From NCBI RefSeq assembly GCF_006345805.1, contig NC_043017.1, forward strand, positions 7,192,001 through 7,256,000: a stretch of 64,000 bases of DNA, in the 5' to 3' direction. Source of the DNA: Octopus sinensis. Lineage: Eukaryota. Positions within the stretch are counted from its first letter, which is position 1; each line of letters begins with the position of its first letter. A program made the translations under genes and the position numbers. This document shows, piece after piece, positions 52,805 to 64,000 of the stretch. The notes beneath the pieces were generated by a model. That model was not told the DNA's origin, made no database searches, and saw nothing but the letters and a program-made list of their open reading frames with translations.

Positions 52805-52872
52805 ACATACCTCAGCAACAGCCAACAAACTGCTCCGCAAAGACCGAAACACGTACTCACACGCTTTATATA
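52805..52872 (-). promoter_or_regulatory. Candidate core promoter and first exon of the snoRNA host transcript
   Basis: On the minus strand, TATATAAA starts at 52872, exactly 30 nt upstream of the C in a TCT-like initiator (gTCTTTgc, C at 52842). A 32-nt ATG-free exon follows, ending in a strong donor GAG|GTATGT (52810). Confidence 0.55.
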
Positions 52873-55588
52873 CTCGGGATATACATCCGGTTTATATAAT
52901 TGCAACATTAGACTATATAAAAACTTTGATAAAGACGGAACGAAACTAGTCCGTCTCCCTTCCCGTCACACTAATAACTATCGGAAGGAAAAAAAAAAGT
53001 TGCAAGAAATATTGTTTATTTATGTACATGTAAACAATACTTGATTTATAAACTTTTAAAAGTTATTCTTCGCATGTGAAAACAAAGCAAGTCTATTATT
53101 AAGATTATATATTTAAAACACAATTATATATCTGATGAGTTGACAAGATTTCTATTTCGCTCGTAATCGGTAACACTTGAACAAGAGACAAAAAAAAACC
53201 CCCAACAACAAAGACCAAGAAATAAACAAATAAAGCTCATGCAACAAGTATTTAGCAGAAGTGTGATGTGATGATGAATTATCGATCTTTTAGCAACCAT
53301 TTCGGGTTTTGTATGAGCACCTGTCAAGGCAGCGAGTTTACAATTAAACCAAGCGTAGCATGAGTAGATATACTGCTGGGTTCTACTCACTATGGATATG
53401 TTATTACCCCATAGGATGGGATTTTACGAATAGAAGAGGAAATAACAGCGGTCAGCCGTAGGTAAGATTGTTGAGCAGACAACCTTTCTATTCATTTACC
53501 TATTTTATCGACTTGTTTCGTATGAAAAAAAGGGATTGAGATGTTCATCCCAGCTTCTCATCTCGTATTCGACGCACACACAGACACTGTTTCTATGCTT
53601 CTCTCTTTCTTTCTCTCTGACGCACACACATTCACACACACAGACAGACACAGACAAACGGTTTATTCTTCCTTTCTCTTTCTCTCTGTCTCTTTATTAT
53701 TTACGAGCGACTTTTCCAACTCAAAGATTTGTTTTGTTTCCACAAAGATAAACGAAATTTATCATTTTAAAATAGTGTGTAACAACCAATAAGTCTCATC
53801 AATGTGTTGTCTTTGTTAATATGTAAACCCTCTTAAAACCTATATCTATTTACAATACAGCGAAGTCCGGCAGGCATTATTAACCATCTCAGATATAAAT
53901 CAATATATTTATCATCTGTTGTGTATAGACTTTCTTTGGCGTCACTTTGTTGTTTTCTTACTTCTCAATGTCGTTCACATGTCTCTTGTTTTCTTCTTTC
54001 AATCTCCAATTATTACATCACAACTGAATCATCAGTTCTAGCTACCGCTACTGTCCTCAACATGAAGCAAATTTGGCGAAAGTAAAGAATACGTACACCC
54101 GATGTTTAGGGTTAGGGTTTTTGTTACGCCGAAAACGGATGGTGTACGTATTGTTTACCTCCGCCGCAAATTCTGCTCCTATTTTTGACCATCTCACCAT
54201 AGTACTGTCCATAATCATCTATATTTATTTACCTTACCTGACCAGTCCTGTTCAAAGCGAGTATTGTGTCCTTTATCTGTTATTTTATCCCCTGAATGAC
54301 CAATATCCAAGTGAACAACAGCCAATATCAGTGTCCTTTTAAGATATGGGCTCACAGGGCAGTTGCCTTGAGGCCTTAGTTATGATTTATGTATGCTGTG
54401 GCTTGCTGCCAATAAATCAATAGGACCAAGCGTTTTGATTTCCCCGGTGGCCTATAATGCTGCTGAGACGGTCCTGGGCTCTGCATAAACATCTCACCCT
54501 GCTAGAAATATTAGCCAAATCTCCCTCAAATTAGAAGTTACTATCTTAAACAAACAACTGGTTAATATCGCCTTAGGGTATAGTGTCCTGGTGAAAGAAG
54601 AAATAGTCGTGCTTGCTCTGCCGTTAATCATAAGATCTATTCGCTCAGTGACCCGGGGTTAAACAATAACACTGCCCTGTACATGAGCGGGAGGAGCATG
54701 CATAATAATTATGATTACTTGATTTGCTAGAAAAAGCAGCCAAATCTCTTTCAAAACATACATCTCCGCCTCTGAATAAAATAGGAATAATGTATTGGAA
54801 AATGTACTCTTAGATAACGTTGAACCTGGAAAAAAAATGTCAGGATGGCCAAAATTGGAACATCTTTGATCGCTTCTGTTGGATTAAAACTGATCGAGTG
54901 CTAAACACGAAAATTGTCCAGTAATTCCTGGACATCAAAATGTACACACACATACACAAAGTAAACTCCCGCCTATCCAGCACCACAGGGATCGGAGTGT
55001 GGCCGGATAACTGAATTTTCCGGATATCTGATCATCATTTTTGAAATTACCATAGCGCCTTACAAAATTTTAATATCCCCCCATCTCTCTCTATATATAG
55101 ATATAAAATTAATATTCTGAATATAGTAGAAACGAAATACAAATGAAGATATAATTTCATCTAATTAAAGAACAAGCTTCATTAACCAAATAAAATGCAG
55201 GTACTGTAAATGCAGTGAAATATGCAGTAGAAACTTTCTTATAAGGACAGTTAATTAATACAAATTATTTTGACTCTAATTAACAAAACTTTATTTTCCC
55301 TTGAAACCGGTTGCTTGAGAGTTCCGGATAAGAGTTAATAACTTTATGCAATTCCATTCGCATCTTGCATACCTTATGCCTGCTTTTCCGTTCGATTTGC
55401 TATCGCCATTGATCCCTATCCATGCCGTGTCTAGCAAGCAACACTATTATATGATATTGCATCTGGTTAGACTTTCGGAAATGACAGTACTGTGTGGATA
55501 ATAGTTAAGGGTCGGAATAATTGGGTGTGGTCAATAATTAGGTATAACTCCAAATACGGTTCAGCAAGTCTAAGAGGTTCACCTAACG

Positions 55589-55767
55589 CAGTGGTTTTCA
55601 ACCAGGGTTCCGCAAGAAGTTACAAAAATGCTAAAATCGGCAGTAATTTTTAATTCTCCTGTGCAGATATGTGTGCATAAGACAATTAAATTATTGCACA
55701 GGGGTTCCTCGACCCAGTGAAATGTTTTCTTGGGGTTCCGCTCCAGCAAAAAGGTTGAAAAGCACTG
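55589..55767. mobile_element. hAT-type MITE with intact 8-bp target-site duplication
   Basis: TIRs CAGTGGTTTTCAACC / GGTTGAAAAGCACTG (14/15), flanked on both sides by ACCTAACG (55581-55588 and 55768-55775). Confidence 0.88.
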
Positions 55768-58564
55768 ACCTAACGTAAACAACCGTTACCGTGACTTCGT
55801 TCACTACAGTATACATCTCACCATCGTTTGTTCACCTGTTCTCTCCGCTCGTATTTTGTTCGATAAACAAATGCACATCTATGAACAGCGAATAGCACGC
55901 TTTATTCGCTTTTTCAACACCAATAAAATTTACCAAACTCCAACTCGCCAGCCAGCTTCCCCTCAGTTAACGTCTACCGTTCCACATAATGCTATAGCAA
56001 CCATTCATGATAAATTTTATCCCTGTCGGATGCTGAAGGTTCCATTTCTATGCTTTATTGTTCATCGAAGGCTTAATATTTTTATTTATTTACACACGAA
56101 AAATATATCTCTGCACACGGATGATTTTAGTTGTCTATGTTAAACAGAACAGCATGATATAAACAAATGACTTGGAATAGTTCAATCCGTGAAGAAATAT
56201 TGCTGTCAGAATTGATTTAATTTGAAAAAGGAGCCCAGACTAAATATCACGGTTGCAGAACTCTGGTATCCATAAACGGGAGCAATGACAAAATCAAACC
56301 TACCGAGAGTGATGCTGTTGTTTGATGGAGTGAGATGGCATCCCAAAAGCTCAATAATCAACCATTCCACTACCCCTAAAACTTGCACTGTGCTATTGAG
56401 GAACTGATCTCTTCTTCAGCAGCCACCCCCACCTCTATTAACCCCTCATCGTATACCTTCTATTTTCTCTCTAATCTACACCAGCCCAACCATCCAGTTT
56501 TCCCTTTACATGTGGTTTCCCATTGGACATCTTTCTAGTTACCTTGATAAACTCGTATCACCTCTTTTTGTTCACCTGTTTCAATGTACCAATTATACTA
56601 ATAATTCCTTTACTTCTCAACGTCATTGGGCCACAGGCATATATTGAATAAAAAAAAAAATTACCTTAGGAATGAGAACCCAGGGTTTGGTTCAAAATTC
56701 TTTCAGGGCACCTGATGAAGGCTGGTGAGTAAATCAGCCAAAAGATGACACATATCTGTCCAATGTAAATAATTTCTCATCTCTAAATACAGAACAAGTT
56801 TCCACTCATCTTTAGAATTTATGCCTACTTTGTATTATCTTCTGGTCAGCATTGATAACCCTCTTGTTTCCTAATGACATGGTCTTAAGATTCAGTCCCA
56901 CTGCATGACACATTGGGCAAGTGTTTTCCGCTGTTACCCTGGGTAGATGGAAACTGAAAGAAGCCTGCTGTGTATGTGTACTTTTGTGAAGACATCACAT
57001 TATGGTTGCAAATGAGCAGAATCATTATACAAGCAAGGTCGTTCGTTTCCAGTCTTTGATGAAAATCAATGTCTGGTCATGAAAAAAATATTTTGCTTGG
57101 GAAGAGGTGAGGGTTGGTGACAGGAAGAGTATCTGACTAGAACATCTGTCTCAGCAAGTTCCTTCTCACCCATGCAAACATGGAAAAATGAATGTTAAAT
57201 GATGAAACACTCTTCACATGAAATTATCTTCAACACTTTCCACCCATCTTTCGAATTTATCTCTACCAGCTCAAATACTTCTGGTATCTTCTGGTCAATA
57301 TTGATTATCTTCACATCGCCTCCTCTTTTCCCACCAGAACCATCAATAAATTTTGATTCCAATATCTATTTACAAAACTGATGAAATGCAGCATGTCTTC
57401 CTGGCACAGCATTTCACTGAAGTGTTAGTCTATTCTGCATTCCAGTGATTCCAAACCATAGCAAAAAAACCCTCTACTCTTTTATTCTAAACACACAAAC
57501 CCAAAATGTTCTTCCTATGACTTTCACTGGTCTTACCTGCCTCTTCAATCAGCTATCCATATTAACTTTAATTACCAGTCTATCTTAATCCCCAACTCTT
57601 CTTTTTCAAAAGGGACCTCTAAAATAGTCTTGATGCCTTTAAATACTCCAGTTCTACATTTGATTTCATTTCCAATGGCATGCTTATTATTGGTCATAAT
57701 CCTCAATTCCACATCATTAACCAATTTAACTTCACCTCCACCAACTTCATGTATTCTATCAACTGTAATACTCTGAGGAATGTTCTAGATTTCAAAGGTC
57801 ATTAACAACTATCTGACACCAACCCACCTGAAACTGTTCCTAGTTCTATGCTACAAAGCGATTTAAAAACCTTCCATCGAAATCTCATGTTAATTCATGC
57901 TCTAAATACCAGCTTAATAACAAAATTATTTTAATAAATTCTTCATTATTTTCAAAATTAATGTTTCAGTAGAAATATGGTAACTTTCATTACATGAATG
58001 ATCCCCGAAATGAGAATGATACCGACCTTGATAAGACATTCTGAAGATAAATAGGCATAGCTATCTTGTTAAATTAACTCACCAACCCTTTTAATTTAAG
58101 AGTGCTCCAGCATGGCTGCTGTTAAATGACTGAGATGAGTAAAAGAAAAACCACCCATGGTCTTAGGTTGTTTTATTGCATGGCACCTTGGGCAAGAGTC
58201 TTCTATAGACTGAGGCTGACCAGAGCCTTGTGAGAGAATTTCCTTGACAGAAACTGAATTTTGTTGTATATGCATGCTTATTATTTGTAGATCATCATTA
58301 CTGTCAAAGAGGTGGTTCCAATCATTTTCAATCTTCCATGAAAACATGTCCAGCCATGAAGAAAATATTACATTACTTGGAAACAGGTGAGGGTTGACAA
58401 GAAGGGCATCTAACCATTAAAAAAATTTGCTTCAACAAATTCTGACTTATGTGAGCATCGAAAAATGAATGTTAAAAAATGTCAATGATAATGACAAGCA
58501 AAAAAAAAAAGTTTAATTAATTAATTTTGATGAAACCAAATCAATGACTGCCATGGGAACACAA

Positions 58565-58670
58565 CTCCAATAATCTTGTAATTAATAGTCAACCTGTCAA
58601 AGTTATGAACAAGTTTTGCTATCTTGGAAGTATTATTACAAATCAATGCAATGCCAGCAGAATTTGCTAT
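58565..58670 (+). mobile_element. LINE RT C-terminal remnant
   Basis: LVINSQPVKVMNKFCYLGSIIT matches the F.YLGS.I motif of non-LTR RTs. Confidence 0.6.
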
Positions 58671-59826
58671 TTCTAGAAATTGCTTTTAGAAACTTTCTTC
58701 GTAATGCACTTAGGAATCTTGCTTCTCAGTTTTGGGTTCAGTCCCACTGCGTGGTACCTTGGGAAGGGGTTTTCTACTATAGCTCCAGCTAGACCAAAAT
58801 GTGTAAGTGTAATATGTTTGGCAGAAACTGAAAGAAGCCTATAGTATCATCATCTTCCTTTAACGTCTGTTTTCCATGCTAGCATGACTCAAAGCCTGAA
58901 TTTCTAATGTCAAGGTACGAAACTCTTAGACCTTGAGTCACTGTTACTTCTGCTAAATACTGGTAAACTTGCTTCCCAACCACATGGTTCCAGGTTCAGT
59001 CACTTCTACCATAGCTGCAGGCCAAACAAAGCCTCAAGTGGATTTGGTAGACTGAAACTGAAAGAAGCCTGTCATATATATATCTCCTCTGTGTTTGTTC
59101 CCCATCACTGCTTGACAACCAGTGTTGGTGTGTTTAAGTCCCTGTAACTTAATGGTTCAGCAAAAGAGAGGATTAAAAAAATAAGTCCTGGCTTCAATTT
59201 GTTCAACTAAAACCCTTCAAAGCAGTGCTCTAGTATGGCCAGTCAAATGACTGAAACAAGTGTGTATATATGCCTGTTTTTGTGTGCCATCACTTGATGG
59301 CTGTAAATAAGAATCATCATCATCATACATGTGAGGTTGCTTCCTTTCCAGTCTTCAGAGCAAAATGTATTTAGATATGGGAAAATTCTACGTTCTTGGA
59401 GATAGGCAAAGGTATTCAGTTGTAGGAATGATAATTGCATCATTTAGCTAGCTGGATTGAATATATAATAATTAATAAGAAGAATCACTTGGGTCTGGTT
59501 GGAGGTGATCATGTAGCTAAATGCAATCTTTTAACCTTCAGCCTTCAGTTTATCAACCTTTCAGTCATTTTGGACAACTACCACCAGGTATCATTGTTAC
59601 TTCTGTTTATGGTAGATCCCCGATTGCATAGATGGATTCCACCTGAAAATTTATCCTGGTTTCCATAATTCTGTTTAACCCTTTAGAATTATTTTAATGG
59701 GCCATGGATGACCAGAACATTCTACCTGCTTTATATTCAAACAGGCCCTTCACATCTACTCTCCAATGTCATTCTAATACATCATAAAAATCTCAAAAAG
59801 CTACAAGATTATTCAAAACTGTGAAT

Positions 59827-60150
59827 AGGCACAGGAGTGGCTGTGTGGTAAGTAGCTTGCTTACCAACCACACGGTTTCGGGTTCAGTCCCGCTGCGTGT
59901 CTTCTGCTATAGCCTTGGGCCGAACAAAGCCTCGAGTGGATTTGGTAGACGGAAACTGAAAGAAGCCTGTCATATATATGTGTATGTTTAGGTGTTTGCT
60001 TTTGTCCCTGTAACTTAGCGATTCGGTAAAAGAGACCGATAGAATAAATACTAGGCTTACAAAGAATAAGTCCTGGAGTTGATTTGCTCGACTAAAGGTG
60101 GGGCTCCAGCATAGCCACAGTCAAATGACTGAAACAAGTAAAAGAGTAAA
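59827..60150 (+). mobile_element. SINE family B (internally deleted)
   Basis: Same head and tail as 8734-9142. Confidence 0.8.
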
Positions 60151-60949
60151 TAAGTATTCCATTTAACAAAATATTCTGAATGTGAAAGAATTAAGTACTG
60201 AACCCAGGTGTACAACATACAGGTAAAGTACAGTCACCATATTTTAAGAAACACCTGATATTTTGCATGCATTGATAGGGCTTGCCAGAAAAGGAGTTTC
60301 TTAATGTCAAAGCATATTGCAAAAGTTTCCAACATATGTTTAAGCTGTGGATGAGTGTCATTAACCATGTCAGAAGATGATTTCAGCAAGAAAAAAACAA
60401 GTTCCTCCCTGTTATCCTACTTGCCATGGAAGCAGCTGCCTAATGAGATTTATTTTCAAAGAACTGTTAACAGTTTCACTAAAAACTGCTAACAGATTAG
60501 TGTGTCTTTGAGCAACATGAAGTGGTGTAACTAGTGCATGTACCACCTGGGAGCAGCCCATGCTTGCCCGCCCCCACCCTGGTATTGAATTATTTAGACC
60601 TAAAAAAACTTCTGACTTTGAAATATTGCTATAAACACATATCTTTTGTTTCAGTCACTAGACTGTGACCATGCTGGGGCACAACTTTCAAAGAACTGAC
60701 CCCAGTATTCTGTCTCTTTTGCCAAACCAAGCTTCTTACTACAAATGCAACTAAGACTTTACTTAGTTGTGATTCCATAACTTTACACAGAATTCCATTT
60801 TAATTTGTTTCAAACACCAGCTCAACTATGACAAAATTATTCTACTAAATTTGTCATCATTTTCCTAATGAATTTAAACAAAGGTAATGGATCAGAAATT
60901 GGTATACTTAAGTATTACCATTATCACACACACAGTAAAATGTGGTGCT

Positions 60950-61270
60950 TATTGTATCCTCTTACCACACCCATTTACAATCAGTTTATCCTCAGGACAT
61001 TGCAGCCAAATCATTCCATACTTGTAGGATTAAAATTCTAAATCAATACCATCAATGTCCTTGTGGCCACCAACGTTAACCTTCCACTCCTTGTACTCAA
61101 CCAAAGTCTAATTAAACTGAAACGACCCCAGAGTTGCATCCCTCTATCTGCCAGTGTAAAATATAATTGGGCTGACTTTCCTCAAAATATTACAAGATTC
61201 AATTAGATTCCTAGTAATCCTCTTCAAATGTATTCTTAAAAGAAGTTCCTTTGCAGGGTTAGAAATCCAG
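60950..61270 (-). mobile_element. Old CR1/L2-like LINE 3' remnant
   Basis: Minus-strand KRITRNLIESCNIL resembles the RLRGDLIE.YKIL C-terminal motif; highly degenerate. Confidence 0.4.
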
Positions 61271-61777
61271 AAAAATGAGAAACCCAACATGCAAGAACCC
61301 TCTCCTGCAGGAGCTAAATGTTCAATAACCCCTTAAATGGCCATATCTGGCTCAAATATTGCTTTATGTTGAAACTGACCAGCCTCAGCCTCTCACACCC
61401 ACCCTACAATGTCATTCTAAAAACAAACAATCACATCTTCAAAATCTTGAAACTACAAAACACTAAATGACTTTTTAAAAAAATGTGATGAATAAGTATT
61501 ACACTAGATAAATTAATCTGAATGCTAAAGGATTAATTCTGGTCAATTCTGGCTGTGAAGTATTAAAAATATAGGTCAGTGGCCCAAACTTCAATTCAGT
61601 ACATGTCCTTGAAAAAGTGAGACGAAATCCAACTGGGCTAAAAACAGAATAGGAAAAGCACAGACAAGTTATTTCTTTTTTAATAAAAGCATTTTATTGA
61701 AATTCATGATTACAAAGCATTGATTTAAGAAATGAATAAGTGAAGGGGAATCAAAGAACAAGACATCACACAATTAG

Positions 61778-61867
61778 TTTCTGATATTCAGAAGTGAATG
61801 AATAGAGCTGTCATCACTGCTGAAAATAGCACAGTGTTCCGACCTGTGTTCATCATGATATCAGAAA
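61778..61867 (-). ncRNA. Box C/D snoRNA, target unassigned (copy 2)
   Basis: Minus strand reads TTTCTGATAT-C-ATGATGA...AGGTCGGAACACTGTGCTATTTTCAGCA-GTGATGA...CTGA-ATATCAGAAA, with a 10-bp terminal stem. Paralog of 50327-50417. Confidence 0.82.
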
Positions 61868-61890
61868 CTATTGGTAATGGTAACATTATA

Positions 61891-63050
61891 TACAAAGGGA
61901 TACTTAAAATTCCCTGGCTCTAGATAAAAGAAAATACAGGAGAATTAGTTAATCTATCATAGCCACATCATCCAAACAGACCAGGCTTAGCTGCTAGTGA
62001 TTTTATTCAACGTATTCATCTCTCAGATTCACACACCTATCACAGCAGTTCCTCAGCTTCTCTAAACCCTGAAAAAAGAACTTGGGAGGTTGTAGCAACA
62101 ATCACCCCTCAGAGTGAAATTTCATTGTGGAGGCGTTTCTTCAGTTGTGAAAAGAGGTGATAATCAGAAGAGTAAGGTCGGAGGTCTACCAATTCAAAGC
62201 CAAAGCTGTGTAGTTTCTGTAGGGTTTCATGTGTTGGTACAACTACCCTACAAAAGCAGGGCATTATGGGTCAGCTTTCCATGGCATCAAAGCTTCATCC
62301 AACAGAGACATGTAGTATTCTGCATTGATGGTGCACCCTTTGGCAGGTATTATAAAAGGGGTACTCCCAGAACACTGAAGCCAGAACCTTTCTAGTCATT
62401 TTCCGGGTTCAAAACTTCTTGGGATGTGGTGAACAACCGTGACTCCACTCCATTGATTGCTGCTTGGTCCGGGGATGAAGCCTAGTTTCATCCAAGGTGA
62501 CTAAACAAGCCATAAAATCAACCTCTCCTGCTGCAGACTGGTCCAAAATCACCTTTGATGCTGTCATCCTGATGTACTTGAGATCTGCATTCAGGCACCC
62601 ACCTTGCAGAAAGCTTTCCTATGCCCAGAATGTTGTGGATGATGTGATTAACTCTTTCGCGGGAAATCCTCGGAGTCTCAGCTGAAACCCAGTAGTCCTC
62701 GAGAATCATGACATGCACAACGTCCTCTGTAGTTGCAGAAGTTGGCTGTCCTGCCAAAATGATCAGTTAGCCTGATTTTTATTGTGGAGTAAGATGGACA
62801 GCCATATTTCAAGACGTTCTTCATCTGGCCATGGATTTCTGCTGGTTGTTTGCCTTGCAGAAAGAGTAATTTCATTACTACTTGTACTTCAATTCTACCA
62901 AAATACACTAGGAGCTGCCATCATGCATTAAATCTGCAAAAAAGAGAAAGGTATATTGTATACCATATCATGATATTCTGTATATCTTCTGACCTACCTC
63001 CCAGCTTTAACCTTAAAGCCAGGATCTTTTTTCAACATCACCTTTCTATA
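61891..63050 (-). mobile_element. Decayed full-length mariner (Tc1/mariner) DNA transposon
   Basis: Frameshifted transposase pieces: EVQVVMKLLFLQGKQPAEIH, GQPTSATTED, ISRERVNHIIHNILG..KLSARWVP, VTLDET. Degenerate TIRs tacaaagggatacttaaaattccctgg / ccaggatcttttttcaacatcacc. Confidence 0.88.
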
Positions 63051-63268
63051 TTTTCATACATTGTCCACTGTGAAAAAATTAAACCATTTCCTAATCCACC
63101 TTTGAACCTACAATATAAATGTTCTAAGGTAGACAGAGGTAAAGAAGAATATGCAAAGCAAGTCAATCCACATGACAACCAGCCTTAGAATCTTTCGCAT
63201 TATTGGGGTGGAAGGAACCTTGTATCAACATTTAAATTATCTTATCCCACGTATAATATTCAAAAACA

Positions 63269-63341
63269 GTCCTGAGTCAGATAGGGGCGAAGGGAAATCG
63301 TCAGGACATCAGTCGATCCACAAGATCATCATTCTCAGGAC
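63269..63341 (-). ncRNA. Box C/D snoRNA, U80/snR60-like (copy 2)
   Basis: Minus strand reads GTCCTGAG-A-ATGATGA...GTGGATCGA-CTGA...CTGACGA...TTCGCCCCTAT-CTGA-CTCAGGAC, with an 8-bp stem. The guide is an exact 11-nt complement of 28S AUAGGGGCGAA. Paralogous to 50703-50780 with a different stem sequence. Confidence 0.87.
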
Positions 63342-63555
63342 AAAAACAAGAGAGAGAGAGAGAGGTTTATTGCAACAACCAGATTGTGAATAATAAAAGA
63401 AGGGAAACTATGTAAGTGAATTTTGTTTGCAAGATTCTATACGTGAGTTTGTATGTTGAAGTATATTCTGTTGTGCCTGGGGAAGTCATTCTATTTTAGT
63501 GCCTTATAATTTAACACACACCAGTAAAATTTCCCCCTATTACCTTTATCTTCCT

Positions 63556-63640
63556 AAAATTTTCGTTGCTTCTTGCAACCTTTTCAATAGTTTTGACTGT
63601 CAAAACTATTGAAAAGGTTGCAAGAAGCAGCGAAAATTTT
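63556..63640. repeat. Near-perfect 85-bp palindrome
   Basis: 42-bp arms (one mismatch) around a single T at 63598. Confidence 0.92.
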
Positions 63641-64000
63641 CAGAAAAAGAAAGGGACTCTCCCCAAACACAACAGTATATGTAAGTGAAAACATCAACGA
63701 AATGTCTTAAGTGAGACAAGGGCAAAAAGAATTTCATCAGGGAAATTCTTCAATCCATTGAAACAACCTCTGCATATTTCAAAAGTACCACATTATCTAT
63801 CACCATTTAACGTCCATGCTGGCAAGTTGAGGAGCGGTGCCAGACTCCAGCCTGATTCAGTACGGTTTCTACAGTTAGATGCCCCTTCTGTGAGGCCCAG
63901 TGCTCGAAAGGTGCTCTTTACCGTGATAGTTTCGCAACACCAGCAGCGGATATCACTCTAATACAACATGGCATTATTCTTATCTCACTCATTGCAGCAA

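Larger units (their letters stand above)
50077..52842 (-). ncRNA. Putative spliced non-coding snoRNA host gene (extent approximate, may continue to ~49.6 kb)
   Basis: Four same-strand snoRNAs are separated by short AG/GT-bounded segments, e.g. 51406-51396, ~50572-50518, 50266-50235, 50113-50077. No coherent ORF is evident. Exon boundaries are inferred from splice motifs only. Confidence 0.5.

Noticed and set aside
53258-53390. Plus-strand GTGATGATGA box C-like motif
   Set aside because: No box D or terminal stem at a suitable distance.
61693-61698. Minus-strand AATAAA as the 3' end of host cassette 2
   Set aside because: It lies between the snoRNA and a good acceptor near 61638, so it is more likely intronic AT-rich sequence.

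Overview
Repeat-rich animal genomic DNA, very probably an octopus (inferred from the SINE families and dense microsatellites). Bases 1-41 kb are mostly SINEs, LINE remnants, MITEs and simple repeats. The long ORFs listed at 3.6-11 kb and 30-34 kb are microsatellite read-through. The only clear protein gene is a single-exon 632-aa OTU deubiquitinase/Tudor gene of the OTUD4/ALG13/otu family (42446-44344, +). A ~350-nt fold-back follows it in the presumed 3' UTR. Converging on it from the minus strand is a small-RNA locus the ORF track cannot show: a TATA + TCT-type promoter (~52842) and four box C/D snoRNAs. These are U15-like, U52-like, U80-like and one I cannot assign. Diverged second copies of the last two lie at 63.3 and 61.8 kb, with a decayed mariner between them. 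Also notable is a 128-bp-period tandem array built from the first ~100 nt of 18S rRNA (5593-6056). No tools were used; rRNA target assignments rely on recalled conserved rRNA and snoRNA sequences and need confirmation.
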